Source of the DNA: Candidatus Woesearchaeota archaeon
GTDB taxonomy: Archaea; Nanobdellota; Nanobdellia; Pacearchaeales; GW2011-AR1
Reading direction: 5' to 3'
NCBI GenBank assembly: GCA_964592915.1
Contig: CAZQGH010000001.1
Coordinates: 10,544 to 62,756, forward strand
DNA: 52,213 bases
Shown: positions 1-9,259 of the stretch, one piece after another
How the letters are laid out: the number at the start of each line of letters is the position of its first letter
Position numbering within the stretch: the stretch's first letter is position 1
Position numbers and translations under genes: made by a program
The notes under the pieces: generated by a model
Told to the model about the DNA's origin: nothing
What the model saw: only the letters and a program-made list of their open reading frames with translations
The model's database searches: none

Positions 1-216
1 TATTTTTTAACTGATTCAGATTGCAAAATGAATGTGCTCGTCTCCCACTTATTCATTTTGTTCTTGATTTATTATTTTTTAACTGATTCAGATTGCAAAA
101 TGAATGTGCTCGTCTCCCACTTATTCACATTCTAATAAGTATTAAACATAGAATTATCAGAGCAGTTTGTAAAGTGGATTCTTGTCTCCCAATCAAGTTT
201 AAAAGAAATTGTAACG
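1..216. repeat. 72-bp-period tandem repeat truncated by the window edge
   Basis: Bases 1-55 and 73-127 are identical (tattttttaactgattcagattgcaaaatgaatgtgctcgtctcccacttattca). A degenerate third unit at 145-216 keeps gtctccca in register at offset 144; ttgtaaagtggat aligns with a 1-nt shift. Confidence 0.85.
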
Positions 217-351
217 GCGTATAAATTAAAAATCATGCTGTCAATCAGATTACAACTGACATTACTTGTTTCTATAACCTTATCTATTTCTTACAAATAT
301 GCAATATTCTCTAATGTATAATTATATTATTACTTTATAATGGTTAAAAAT

Positions 352-367
352 GCAAAGATTTAAAAAT
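352..367 (+). promoter_or_regulatory. BRE/TATA-like promoter element (gcaaagatttaaaaat)
   Basis: Purine-rich block followed by a TTTAAAA box about 25 nt upstream of ATG 388. The same aAAGATTTAAA pattern recurs at 2132-2146 and 25428-25443. Confidence 0.5.
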
Positions 368-387
368 AATTTTCATTTAGGTTGGAT

Positions 388-1299
388 ATGGTAAAGATTA
401 TCCACATGTCAGATATTCACGGGGATTTCGAAACTCTGGATACTGCTTTGAAGTATGTTGAGCAGAGTGATGCTGATATTTTGGCTGTAACCGGAGATTT
501 AGTTGGCAGAGTTTTAGATGAAAAAAACTTGCCAGAATTTGAAGAGGCAGCAAATTTTTTAATGCAGGTTTACAGGCAGACAGATGCAGAAGTAGATAGT
601 TTAGATGCGGCTGCTGAAATGTTTGTTGATGGAAAAATAGAAGTTGCAGGAGTTAATGGAGAAAAACTGGCTGAAAGATACTTAGACTTAGAAATTCAGG
701 CAAAAATTGAAATGAAAAAACAGTATCGGGGATTTAAAGATATATTTGATGATTTAGGCAAAAAAGTTTTGCTGGTTCCTGGAAACTGGGATGGCAAGTG
801 TATTGATGATTTCTTAGCTTTCAATAATTTACATAACAAAAACGTTGAACAGGTTAATGGAATTAGTTTTGTAGGTTATGGCGGAGCTTCTGTATTCTCC
901 GGTGAGATTCCAGTGGATTTGATTGTCAGATATAATGAAGATGAAATGTTCCATCATCTCTCTGCACATGAAGAAGCTGAAGTTGCATTAATGCACACTC
1001 CTCCTTATGGGTTTGAAAATTCTGAAAGGCATAATGGCTCAAAATTAGGGTTAGCTTATATGTTTAGAAATACCCCAAGTTTAATTTTAGCTGGGCATAC
1101 TCATAAGCCTCTTTTAGCCAGAGAATCAAAAACAAAAGTATGGGTAAGCAATTCTGGAAATTTGGGGAGATATCAAAACAGCAGTTACGGAACTTTTTTT
1201 GAAATAGAATTGGATGACAACACATTTGTTAATCCTTTAAGAACTTATCAAGTAGTTGGTGATGAAGTAAAAGTAGAGGATATAGAAAACCGAAGCTGA
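388..1299 (+). CDS. calcineurin-like metallophosphoesterase
   Basis: Motifs HMSDIHGD, GDLVG, GNWDG, HTPPYG and GHTHKP. The track start at 382 is TTG; the ATG at 388 is preferred. Confidence 0.8.
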   Translation: MVKIIHMSDIHGDFETLDTALKYVEQSDADILAVTGDLVGRVLDEKNLPEFEEAANFLMQVYRQTDAEVDSLDAAAEMFVDGKIEVAGVNGEKLAERYLDLEIQAKIEMKKQYRGFKDIFDDLGKKVLLVPGNWDGKCIDDFLAFNNLHNKNVEQVNGISFVGYGGASVFSGEIPVDLIVRYNEDEMFHHLSAHEEAEVALMHTPPYGFENSERHNGSKLGLAYMFRNTPSLILAGHTHKPLLARESKTKVWVSNSGNLGRYQNSSYGTFFEIELDDNTFVNPLRTYQVVGDEVKVEDIENRS

Positions 1300-1345
1300 A
1301 GCTTATCAAGAGTAAGATATTTAAACGCAATTAATATATATTATT

Positions 1346-2071
1346 ATGGCAATAAACGGGGTGAATAATCTAACTGGAGTGTCAGGTTCAATACTGAAAA
1401 TTTATGATGCAGTAACAGCTCCCTTGCCCGCAGGTTACGAGGTGTTGGTTAATCTTTTGTTTTATACAATTATTATTTTTCTTTTTGGAATGTTTGTATG
1501 GAAGTTTTACAGATTTGTTGCAAAAAGAGATATTCTCAGCATAAATTTATTTGAATATAACAAAACTGAGCATCCTTTATGGAACAAAACAGTTGCTTCT
1601 TTTTTATACATTTTAGAATATATAATCATAATTCCTCTATTAGTTATTTTCTGGTTTACAGTATTAGCTGTTTTCTTTTTATTATTGTCAAAATCTGAAT
1701 CTGCAGACCAAATCTTATTGATTTCAGCTGCAGTGGTTGCTGCAATAAGATTAGCTTCATATTATTCAAATGATTTGTCCAAAGAACTATCTAAAATGAT
1801 TCCTTTAACAGTATTAGCTATATTTTTAACTCAGCCGAATTTTTTCTCAATAAACAAGATGGTTGACAGGTTTTCTCAGGTTCCAGCTCTTGCGAATAAC
1901 ATACTTAAATATCTTGTATTTATAGTTGTTTTAGAAATATTCATCAGAGGGGTGTTTGTTTTGATTGATTTATGGATTAGTGAAGAAGTAGCAGAAGTTG
2001 AAAAGGAAGCTGAAGAAAAAGGAACGAAATCAAGAAAAATAATTGCAGTTGACGACACACTTGGTGAATAG
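1346..2071 (+). CDS. polytopic membrane protein, unknown function
   Basis: 241-aa ORF with several long hydrophobic segments and an acidic/lysine-rich C-terminal tail. Confidence 0.6.
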   Translation: MAINGVNNLTGVSGSILKIYDAVTAPLPAGYEVLVNLLFYTIIIFLFGMFVWKFYRFVAKRDILSINLFEYNKTEHPLWNKTVASFLYILEYIIIIPLLVIFWFTVLAVFFLLLSKSESADQILLISAAVVAAIRLASYYSNDLSKELSKMIPLTVLAIFLTQPNFFSINKMVDRFSQVPALANNILKYLVFIVVLEIFIRGVFVLIDLWISEEVAEVEKEAEEKGTKSRKIIAVDDTLGE

Positions 2072-2131
2072 TAAAAATTTTAAAGAATAGACTCTTATTT
2101 ATTGTTACTCTGATATAATCACAAACTATGC

Positions 2132-2146
2132 AAAAGATTTAAATAG
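2132..2146 (+). promoter_or_regulatory. BRE/TATA-like promoter element (aaaagatttaaatag)
   Basis: About 25 nt upstream of ATG 2168. Confidence 0.5.
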
Positions 2147-2167
2147 TTAATCCATTTTAGTTATAAC

Positions 2168-5100
2168 ATGCTAAGAGAAAAAGGGTTTAAAAAAAGAATA
2201 TTTTTTATTTTATTAATTTTGCCAATAATATTTTCTTTCACGTTTGTGAGTGCTCAGGAAGAATGCAATGATGTTGAAGGACCTGTTGTCTCTAATGTGA
2301 AGATAATTCCTCCAAAAAATAACGGAGATTTTAATGTTACAGCTGATGTTTCTGATGATTGTTCTGATATTGATTATGCTGAATATTTCACTCATTATCA
2401 TCTGCCTGCTAAATGCGGAGAAATCGGTAGTGGAGAAGAGATGGAAATTAATGGAAATGAATTATTCAAATCAAATGCTTATAATGGTCATGATGGGCTA
2501 AACTGGTTATGTGTCCAGGCTATGGACTCAACTGAAAAAGTCGGGGGTTGCGAGTGTGTTTATTTTGAAACTGATCCAAATCCTCCTGAGATTGTAAGAG
2601 ATTTCTCACTAAATGGAATGCCAAATCCTAAGGAATTATTAGTATGTGGTGAAAATCCTGAACTTGAAGTAACTATTTGTGACGGAGAGACAGATATCCA
2701 AGGAGGAGAGTATTTTCTGGATTTGTGGAGTCCTCCAATGAATGTGCCTGAACCATTTACTGGTTACTGGTTAGAACCCTTAAACCATTATAAAGATGTT
2801 AATGGTTTTTTCTGTTCTGACTTATCTGATTGGATCGACTTAACTGAATTAGAGGAAGGCACACATTATATAAATCAGATTAGAGGTAAAGACCAGTTAG
2901 AAAACTGGGGTAAGGTTTATGATCAAAATTTTAATTACTCATTTATTAAAGATACATTACCTCCTAACTCCAGTAAGGAAATTAATTTTGAAGGTCCTTA
3001 TTTTGAATGTGAGATTGATAAAGCTAATGACATTTATATAACTGACAATTGTTATTATGTAAGAAAAGGAACAACTATATCTCTAATCCCTGGACAAGAT
3101 CCAGATCCGCAAGGAACAGGAGAATTTGCCGGAGAAGAAACAATTCATTATAATATTTATTTAGGAGATGACTGTGATTCAAATAATAAAGAAGACTGGG
3201 AATTAATTGATTCAGGAGAAGGAAATCCAGAACAAAATGTTGAATTAAATTTAAACGAGGATTCTTGCCACTTAATAGAGTGGTGGGTTGAAGATAAATG
3301 CGGGAATCAAGAGGAGAAGCATTATAAGTTAGATATTGTTGATAATAAAGCTCCAGTAACTGAAAAAACAGTTGGAGATCCTAAAATTGAGTGTGAGGAA
3401 AATTGCCATTATTATATCACCCAGAATACAGATATAACATTTACTTGTTATGATCAGGAACCACATCCTATTGATGAGGTTGAAATGGTTATAAAAGCTT
3501 ACTGGAAAGAGGATTGGGAAGATGAATTTGAATTAGCTCATGAGTGGACAATTAAGGAAAATGAGTGGACAATAACCCCTCATAAAGATTCAATTCATAA
3601 ATTTGAATGGTATTGTAAAGATAAATTAAATAACACTTCCCAGATAAAAGAGGAGATTGATGTTGTTGATACTCAGGCACCTATTTTAGAGAAAGATGTT
3701 ATGAATCCCAAAATACCATTTGAAAACGAGCCGGAAGATGAGATTGATTATGACTGGTTTGTAACTCAGAACACATTGATATGTTTAAACGGAACTGATT
3801 TAGGACCTCATCCAGTCAATGGTGTTGAAATTTTTTGTGAGTGGACATGGTTCAATTCAGCCGGAGAAGGAAGTAAAGATGTATTTTCTCTGAATGATTC
3901 TGGATGTTTCAAATTCACTGAAGACTCCTTCCATCTATTACACTGCTGGGCAAATGATTCTTTAGGCAATACTAATGAATTATATGAGTGGGATATTGTT
4001 GATACTCAAAAACCAATTTCATATAAAGAAGTAAGTGAGCCGAAAGTTCCTTTCTGCAGTTTTGATGCAGAAGATTGGTATATAACAAACGAGACTGAAA
4101 TTTCATTGTCATGTGAAGATACAGGGGAGCATCCTGTTGGTGCTGATTCAATCTTTTACAGAGTGAGATGGAAATATGGTTTTAATGATAACTGGTCTGA
4201 ATGGGGTGACTGGATTGAATATAACGGAACATTTAGATTAGATGAATCATCATTTCACGAAATTGAGTGGTATTGTGTTGATAGATTAGAGAATCAGGAA
4301 GAATCTCAGTTTGAACTAGATGTGGTTGACTTAACCCCTCCTGAAATATCCAAAGAAATTGGTAGTCCTAAGTTTGAGTGCAATATAGAGGGCTGTGACT
4401 GGTTTGTTACAACTGAAACTCCTCTGACATTCAGATGCGAAGATACAGGAGTGCATCCTGTTGGAGATGAAAAGATATATCTAGAATCTTATTTATTTGT
4501 AGAAGATGAATGGAAATTAATGGGTGAAGTTACAGGGGATGATGAATTGATATTTAATTTCGGAGAGGAATCATTACATAAAATAAAATACTGGTGTGAA
4601 GATGGATTAGGAAACATGGGAGAAATATATGAAGAAATTGACAATGTAGATGGTTCAGGTCCAAATATATGGATATATAATCCAACTATGTTGGAAAGTG
4701 AATCTATTAAAAGATGTGATCAGTCTATAGTTGTTGAGGTATGGGATGAGAAATCTGAAATAAATGACTCATCAGTATATGCTGAATTAATTAATGAATC
4801 TGGGGATGTTGTTAGAAGAGTTGATTTACAAAAAGCTGTTTATCATGGAATGGAGTGGGGAGGAAACATTTATGAAGCTTTAATGGATAAGCAATTACCA
4901 GCAGGAACATATGAATTAATTGTATATGCATCAGACAATGTTGGGCATTCAAATAATGAATCTAGGATAGAAGACTTGCAAGAAGGAATTTGGGTTGAAT
5001 ATCTTGAGCCTGTCTCATGTGTAATTGAAGCTGGAGAAACAAAAGAATGTATATTTACATTCAATGTTTGCGGAAGAGGGATTAATCTGATTGACTTTTG

Positions 5101-5350
5101 CATGTATAAACTGGGAGAAAATCCTTCATTAATAACTCCGGATATGTTAAATGCTAAGATATCTAAAAACGGAAACTCAAGTTATGTTGGATTATGTGAA
5201 GTGAGTGACAAGGAACAACTGAGATTATCTGATGAAGAAATAAATGGCAAAGAAACATTTGATTTGACATTAGAGTTTAATGAACATACTACCTCAGTTT
5301 TGGGAACAGGCAATTATGACATAGACTATCTAATTGATGCTTGGGATTAA
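2168..5350 (+). CDS. large secreted surface protein with about five tandem Ig-like/adhesin-type modules
   Basis: N-terminal signal/anchor (FFILLILPIIFSFTFVSAQE). Diverged ~110-aa repeats end in D(I/V)VDxxxP and carry HP(V/I) and (F/L)HxIEW(Y/W)CxDxxGN motifs (aa ~280-830). Confidence 0.75.
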   Translation: MLREKGFKKRIFFILLILPIIFSFTFVSAQEECNDVEGPVVSNVKIIPPKNNGDFNVTADVSDDCSDIDYAEYFTHYHLPAKCGEIGSGEEMEINGNELFKSNAYNGHDGLNWLCVQAMDSTEKVGGCECVYFETDPNPPEIVRDFSLNGMPNPKELLVCGENPELEVTICDGETDIQGGEYFLDLWSPPMNVPEPFTGYWLEPLNHYKDVNGFFCSDLSDWIDLTELEEGTHYINQIRGKDQLENWGKVYDQNFNYSFIKDTLPPNSSKEINFEGPYFECEIDKANDIYITDNCYYVRKGTTISLIPGQDPDPQGTGEFAGEETIHYNIYLGDDCDSNNKEDWELIDSGEGNPEQNVELNLNEDSCHLIEWWVEDKCGNQEEKHYKLDIVDNKAPVTEKTVGDPKIECEENCHYYITQNTDITFTCYDQEPHPIDEVEMVIKAYWKEDWEDEFELAHEWTIKENEWTITPHKDSIHKFEWYCKDKLNNTSQIKEEIDVVDTQAPILEKDVMNPKIPFENEPEDEIDYDWFVTQNTLICLNGTDLGPHPVNGVEIFCEWTWFNSAGEGSKDVFSLNDSGCFKFTEDSFHLLHCWANDSLGNTNELYEWDIVDTQKPISYKEVSEPKVPFCSFDAEDWYITNETEISLSCEDTGEHPVGADSIFYRVRWKYGFNDNWSEWGDWIEYNGTFRLDESSFHEIEWYCVDRLENQEESQFELDVVDLTPPEISKEIGSPKFECNIEGCDWFVTTETPLTFRCEDTGVHPVGDEKIYLESYLFVEDEWKLMGEVTGDDELIFNFGEESLHKIKYWCEDGLGNMGEIYEEIDNVDGSGPNIWIYNPTMLESESIKRCDQSIVVEVWDEKSEINDSSVYAELINESGDVVRRVDLQKAVYHGMEWGGNIYEALMDKQLPAGTYELIVYASDNVGHSNNESRIEDLQEGIWVEYLEPVSCVIEAGETKECIFTFNVCGRGINLIDFCMYKLGENPSLITPDMLNAKISKNGNSSYVGLCEVSDKEQLRLSDEEINGKETFDLTLEFNEHTTSVLGTGNYDIDYLIDAWD

Positions 5351-5370
5351 TACTAATTTGATTAGGGGAA

Positions 5371-6093
5371 ATGAAAATAAAATTTTTTTTAATGGTTCTT
5401 GTATTTTTATTAGTTCTAACTTCTTTTGTTATGGCTGATAAAATAGGAACTTATGAAGGCAAGATGAATGTTGAGGCAGAAAACGGAAGAATTATAATTT
5501 CTGGAAAAGGTTCTGTTACTCATTATTGCGGTAATGAGATATTAGATGCATACCCTCCTTATTATGAACAGTGCGATGGAAATGATATGGGAGGGGAGTC
5601 TTGTCAATCATTAGGATATGATTCCGGGCAATTAGCTTGCCAATCAAATTGTGTTTATGACACCTCTTTGTGTTCAAATAATGTAAATACAGGAGACAGT
5701 AATGGAAATCGAGGTTTAGGTGGGGGTGGGGGTAGTAGCATAGATGATGAAGATAATGGTGAAATAATATACTTAAATGAAGGAGAATGTGTTGAATTAT
5801 GGGAATGCACTAACTGGTCTGATTGTAAACTTGGTAAGCAGATAAGGGAATGTGCAGATATAAATGAGTGTGGGACTGAAAAAATTAAGCCTGTTGAAGA
5901 AAGAGACTGTAAAATTGATGTGCTAAATGCGCCAACTTCTTCAGAAATCATACCAGGAATTGTAGGAGCTGTAACTGGCATTTTTGGCAAGTTAGGTTTA
6001 TCTCAGATTTTGGTTGTTGGAGTATTTATTTTAATATTAGTTATCTCTTCTATCTCTGTTTACCTATTAAGAATTTTATATAAAAAGAAATAG
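5371..6093 (+). CDS. secreted Cys-rich protein with poly-Gly linker and C-terminal TM anchor
   Basis: Signal peptide, GGGGGSS linker, the module CVELWECTNWSDCKLGKQIRECADINECG, and a C-terminal hydrophobic helix followed by a basic tail. Confidence 0.7.
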   Translation: MKIKFFLMVLVFLLVLTSFVMADKIGTYEGKMNVEAENGRIIISGKGSVTHYCGNEILDAYPPYYEQCDGNDMGGESCQSLGYDSGQLACQSNCVYDTSLCSNNVNTGDSNGNRGLGGGGGSSIDDEDNGEIIYLNEGECVELWECTNWSDCKLGKQIRECADINECGTEKIKPVEERDCKIDVLNAPTSSEIIPGIVGAVTGIFGKLGLSQILVVGVFILILVISSISVYLLRILYKKK

Positions 6094-6109
6094 TTTCTAG
6101 AAGTAAAAT

Positions 6110-6138
6110 CCTTAAAAATCAATATTTCTTATGAAAAA
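6110..6138 (+). promoter_or_regulatory. promoter block of SRP RNA copy 1 (ccTTAAAAATc...)
   Basis: TTAAAAAT box at 6112-6119, about 25 nt upstream of the predicted RNA 5' end. The block is conserved 27/29 with 37465-37493. Confidence 0.55.
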
Positions 6139-6400
6139 TGTAGACTAGGCTGGCAGGTTAGTTCTCTGCCATTTGCAAATGGACTTTAGGCAAGCTGCAA
6201 GGGAGAGCGTGAGATAAGTGGTAAAAAGCCCTTATTCCAACGTTGAGGTTCTGTCCTACTCGACCTTGTTCTTGCGAATTGGGTCAGACCTTGATCGGAG
6301 CAGCCCTAAACAGGAATTAAGGTGCTTGTGGGGTTGCAGAACTGAGGAGGAATCAGGATCACTTTTTACTTTTCTTATCGAGCCATCTCCTGAGTCTACA
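6139..6400 (+). ncRNA. signal recognition particle (7S/SRP) RNA, copy 1
   Basis: GC-rich ~261-nt island in AT-rich DNA. The 5' tgtagact pairs with the 3' agtctaca. It has the archaeal-type 5' CUAGGCUGGCAGG start and a helix-8-like GGGUCAGACC..UCGGAGCAGCCCUAAACAGG, resembling human ACGGAGCAGGUCAAAACUCC and E. coli GGUCAGGUCCGGAAGGAAGCAGCC (both recalled from memory). Confidence 0.8.
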
Positions 6401-6649
6401 TACAGTTAGTTCAATGAATAAAACATCTATAGGATAAATCATCGATATTTCTAAGCTTTCGAATTGAAGATTAAGTTAAAAGATTAGTATTAAACCATGT
6501 TTGAAAAATAAAAATCTATAAAATGCCATTTACTACTTTCCAATTTTATGATATCACTTTCCAGTCCATTGGTATATAAATTAAATTATATTGTAAAATA
6601 GATTTTTGATTGCAAAATTATATTTAAAGAAAGCTGAATTATTATAAAT

Positions 6650-6817
6650 ATGAGCTTGAAAATAGGTTTGAAAATGGTTTCATCCGGAGAAAAAGAAGCT
6701 GAAAAGGAGATAAGGAAAATCATGGATGATATATGGGAATTATATCCTAAAGCTCAGGTAGAAAAAGGGGACTTTAGGAGAAAAGAGAGTGAAATAGTTT
6801 TTGAAGTTAAGAATTAG
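6650..6817 (+). CDS. small hypothetical protein (55 aa)
   Basis: ATG-to-TAG ORF below the track cutoff, with a tatatttaaag TATA-like box about 25 nt upstream. Confidence 0.3.
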   Translation: MSLKIGLKMVSSGEKEAEKEIRKIMDDIWELYPKAQVEKGDFRRKESEIVFEVKN

Positions 6818-6844
6818 TTTTTCTATTTTTCTTTTATTTTTTAT

Positions 6845-7150
6845 TTAACACTCAGTCCTAATATATCCTTCTTGTAATGCCTGTTCTTCTGATTCAAAAC
6901 ACATTAGGTTTTCTCTTAATATGTTTTTAGCATATCTACAGTTACATTCATAGTATTTATCTGAGTTAACTGAACCAACATATTTTGTATTTTCTGAACA
7001 CCCTAATTCTATGCAAGAATTATTTTTAGTATTTTGAATAGTTTCATCATTTATATTATCTGAATAACCATAATTTATTACCAGTATTACAGATATGACT
7101 GAGAAAAACACTATTAACAATACCATTAAAAAAATTACTTTAATTTTCAT
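6845..7150 (-). CDS. small membrane-anchored Cys-rich protein (Ada-like/'sunset'-type metal-binding C-terminus, tentative)
   Basis: N-terminal TM followed by YVGSVNSDKYYECNCRYAKNILRENLMCFESEEQALQEGYIRTEC. Confidence 0.55.
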   Translation of the reverse strand: MKIKVIFLMVLLIVFFSVISVILVINYGYSDNINDETIQNTKNNSCIELGCSENTKYVGSVNSDKYYECNCRYAKNILRENLMCFESEEQALQEGYIRTEC

Positions 7151-7169
7151 CCTATTTTTCTATTATTTA

Positions 7170-7388
7170 TCAGGAACCTATGCCACATAATTTTTCTAAA
7201 TCCAGCCTTTGTTCATCACTTACATTTCCCAATAATTCAAACATTTCAATAGAGCTTACTTCAATTTCATCTGGCAATTCCATAATTAACTGGTATGCTT
7301 CCTGATATTGCTTTCTGTCTAATAATTCATAAAAGCTTTTCTGAACTGGATTTGCTTGCGGGGTTTGCGGATTATATGGTGTGTTCAT
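7170..7388 (-). CDS. small hypothetical protein
   Basis: 72-aa ORF overlapping the upstream RHH-like gene by 4 nt, which suggests an operon and possibly a TA-like pair. Confidence 0.45.
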   Translation of the reverse strand: MNTPYNPQTPQANPVQKSFYELLDRKQYQEAYQLIMELPDEIEVSSIEMFELLGNVSDEQRLDLEKLCGIGS

Positions 7389-7603
7389 TTCTTCCTTGGC
7401 CTTCCTCTATTTTCTCTGGAAAACATTCCCACAAGTTTATCGTCAATTTTTATTTTTCTTGTTCCTTTTCTTTTAGAATAGGATACACAGCTTCTTCTTA
7501 TTATATCCTCAACTTGTTCTTTTATTGTTAATAAATTTTCCTTACCTCTTTTTTTGAGAATTTTGACTTCATCATCACTTAGATTTATTGTCAAACTTGG
7601 CAT
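7385..7603 (-). CDS. ribbon-helix-helix (CopG-like) small DNA-binding protein
   Basis: N-terminal SLTINLSDDEVKILKK strand-helix pattern and a basic tail. Confidence 0.5.
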   Translation of the reverse strand: MPSLTINLSDDEVKILKKRGKENLLTIKEQVEDIIRRSCVSYSKRKGTRKIKIDDKLVGMFSRENRGRPRKK

Positions 7604-7820
7604 TTTTTTCCTCTTTTTTTGTTTGCTTTTTATTGATTTCTTTATTTTTTGGTTTTTTATGAATATATTTAGTTATTAAAGTATATAATATCCAGTAGAT
7701 AATAAAAAATATTATAATACTGATAATGTCAAACTCATTTCCCAATAAAGATAAAATTAGTGCAAAAACAATTGTTGCAACAATTGTTGTTATTGTTGTT
7801 TTCAAGATTATTTTTTCCAT
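7575..7820 (-). CDS. small membrane protein
   Basis: Two hydrophobic helices followed by a lysine-rich tail. Confidence 0.45.
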   Translation of the reverse strand: MEKIILKTTITTIVATIVFALILSLLGNEFDIISIIIFFIIYWILYTLITKYIHKKPKNKEINKKQTKKEEKNAKFDNKSK

Positions 7821-7823
7821 TTT

Positions 7824-7982
7824 TTATTTATTAGGTTTTTCTTCAACTTCAACAGGAATGAAATAAATAAACCAGATTACCCATATTAACCATGAAGCCC
7901 ATATTGATTCGCCTCTCAAAATTCCTGAAATAGCAAATAAAGCAAAAAATCCGAAAAAGCCTAATTGCCAGTTTTTTCTCAT
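7824..7982 (-). CDS. small membrane protein (52 aa)
   Basis: ORF below the track cutoff: MRKNWQLGFFGFFALFAISGIL...WLIWVIWFIYFIP. It is tightly packed between neighbouring minus-strand genes. Confidence 0.3.
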   Translation of the reverse strand: MRKNWQLGFFGFFALFAISGILRGESIWASWLIWVIWFIYFIPVEVEEKPNK

Positions 7983-8012
7983 TGTTTTCATTTTAATTTT
8001 CTTAATTATTTT

Positions 8013-8306
8013 TTATTTCTTAACTACATATGTTTTCTGAACTTTAAATGATTTGTATATTCCCTCTAATATGTCTGTGCCAGCATAACCTGCTAGTAAT
8101 GATAAGCGATAATCAAAATTAAATATCAATCCTACAAATGTGCCTATTACTACTGCTATTATAACGGTTATAGTATAATATCCCCATAATATCTTTCTTC
8201 TTAATGATAAAGCTTTCATTAAGCCTATGAATCCTCTTGTTAAGCCTCCCAAACCTCCCAATAATGATGGCAATATTAATTGCTGCATAGTTTCAGTTGT
8301 TACCAT
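8013..8306 (-). CDS. small membrane protein
   Basis: 97-aa ORF with Gly-rich TM segments (LLGGLGGLTRGFIGL). Confidence 0.5.
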   Translation of the reverse strand: MVTTETMQQLILPSLLGGLGGLTRGFIGLMKALSLRRKILWGYYTITVIIAVVIGTFVGLIFNFDYRLSLLAGYAGTDILEGIYKSFKVQKTYVVKK

Positions 8307-8387
8307 TTTTTATTTTTCCAACCTCTTTTTTCCTTATTTTTATACTTGTTAACAGTATTGATTATTTTTATAAGTTTCGATTTTGCT

Positions 8388-8759
8388 TTATAATGCGAGC
8401 AGTTTGTTGATTATTTGTTTTATACTTTTTTCCCTGGATTTAATGAATTCTGAAGAAATTTTTTCTCCGTAATACACAATATTATTTCTTGTTACTCTTA
8501 ATTCATCAATAAGCTGGATTTCTCTCTGAGATAAAGATTTGATATTTTTAGCTGCATACTCTACTAAAATTTTATGGCTTAAAGTTTTCCATCCTTTTTT
8601 ATACATAAAAGCTGTAATTAATTCTTTTATAATCTCATAATACTCCTCAATAATTCTGTAGGGCTTTTCAAAATTCATATTATCAAACCTGTCCTGTGCC
8701 ATTTCTTTTAATGCTTTTGCTCTTTTTTCATCCTTGCTTATCTTAAATATGTCTTTCAT
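8388..8759 (-). CDS. HEPN-domain protein (MNT/HEPN module)
   Basis: All-helical 123-aa protein with LRVTRNNIVYYG. It overlaps the upstream NTase gene by 4 nt. Confidence 0.7.
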   Translation of the reverse strand: MKDIFKISKDEKRAKALKEMAQDRFDNMNFEKPYRIIEEYYEIIKELITAFMYKKGWKTLSHKILVEYAAKNIKSLSQREIQLIDELRVTRNNIVYYGEKISSEFIKSREKSIKQIINKLLAL

Positions 8760-9259
8760 CTTTCTCCAAAAAGAATTGTTCCTTGTTTAATATTTTGTTT
8801 TAAACTTTCTGAAGCTTCTGTTTTAAACACTATATGTATGTTTCTGCTTAAATATTTTTCATATTTCTCCAGATTAATTTTAAATTTTTTAGTGTCTACA
8901 AAAATATCTACATCGCTTGTTTCTATATCTTCTCCTTTATCATAACTTCCAAATAAAATTATTGATTTAGGATATTTTTCTTTAAGTTTATCAATTAAAC
9001 CTGAATTTCTAAGTTTAACAAGATTAGCTAATTTTTTATAAAAAATAAAGTCGGGATTTTCTCTCTTTGCTTTATATCCTTTGTATATATCTCCTTTAGC
9101 AGTTTTTATTAATCCTATTTTAACTAATTCTAATAAATGGTTTTTCACTGATGTATGAGCCAGATTAATTTTTCTTGATATTTCTTTAATATAATGAATC
9201 TTAGTTGGCTCTATGAAAAACACTTCAATGACATTCCATATACTACATTTTTGTAACAT
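8756..9259 (-). CDS. wHTH-nucleotidyltransferase (MNT) partner of HEPN
   Basis: N-terminal wHTH-like region followed by LFGSYDKGEDIETSDVDIFV (GSx10-SDxD NTase motif). Confidence 0.75.
   Translation of the reverse strand: MLQKCSIWNVIEVFFIEPTKIHYIKEISRKINLAHTSVKNHLLELVKIGLIKTAKGDIYKGYKAKRENPDFIFYKKLANLVKLRNSGLIDKLKEKYPKSIILFGSYDKGEDIETSDVDIFVDTKKFKINLEKYEKYLSRNIHIVFKTEASESLKQNIKQGTILFGER

Noticed and set aside
1-216. Possible CRISPR array at the window start
   Set aside because: The identical part is 55 bp with only 17 bp between copies, and the third unit is a degenerate copy of the whole 72-bp unit. That is a tandem duplication, not repeat-spacer architecture. No cas genes are present.
6218-6409. 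Track ORFs 6218-6409 and 37573-37758 (63 and 61 aa, nearly identical)
   Set aside because: Both lie entirely inside the structured GC-rich SRP RNA. They start with a non-ATG codon and have no promoter or SD of their own. The conservation is explained by the RNA.
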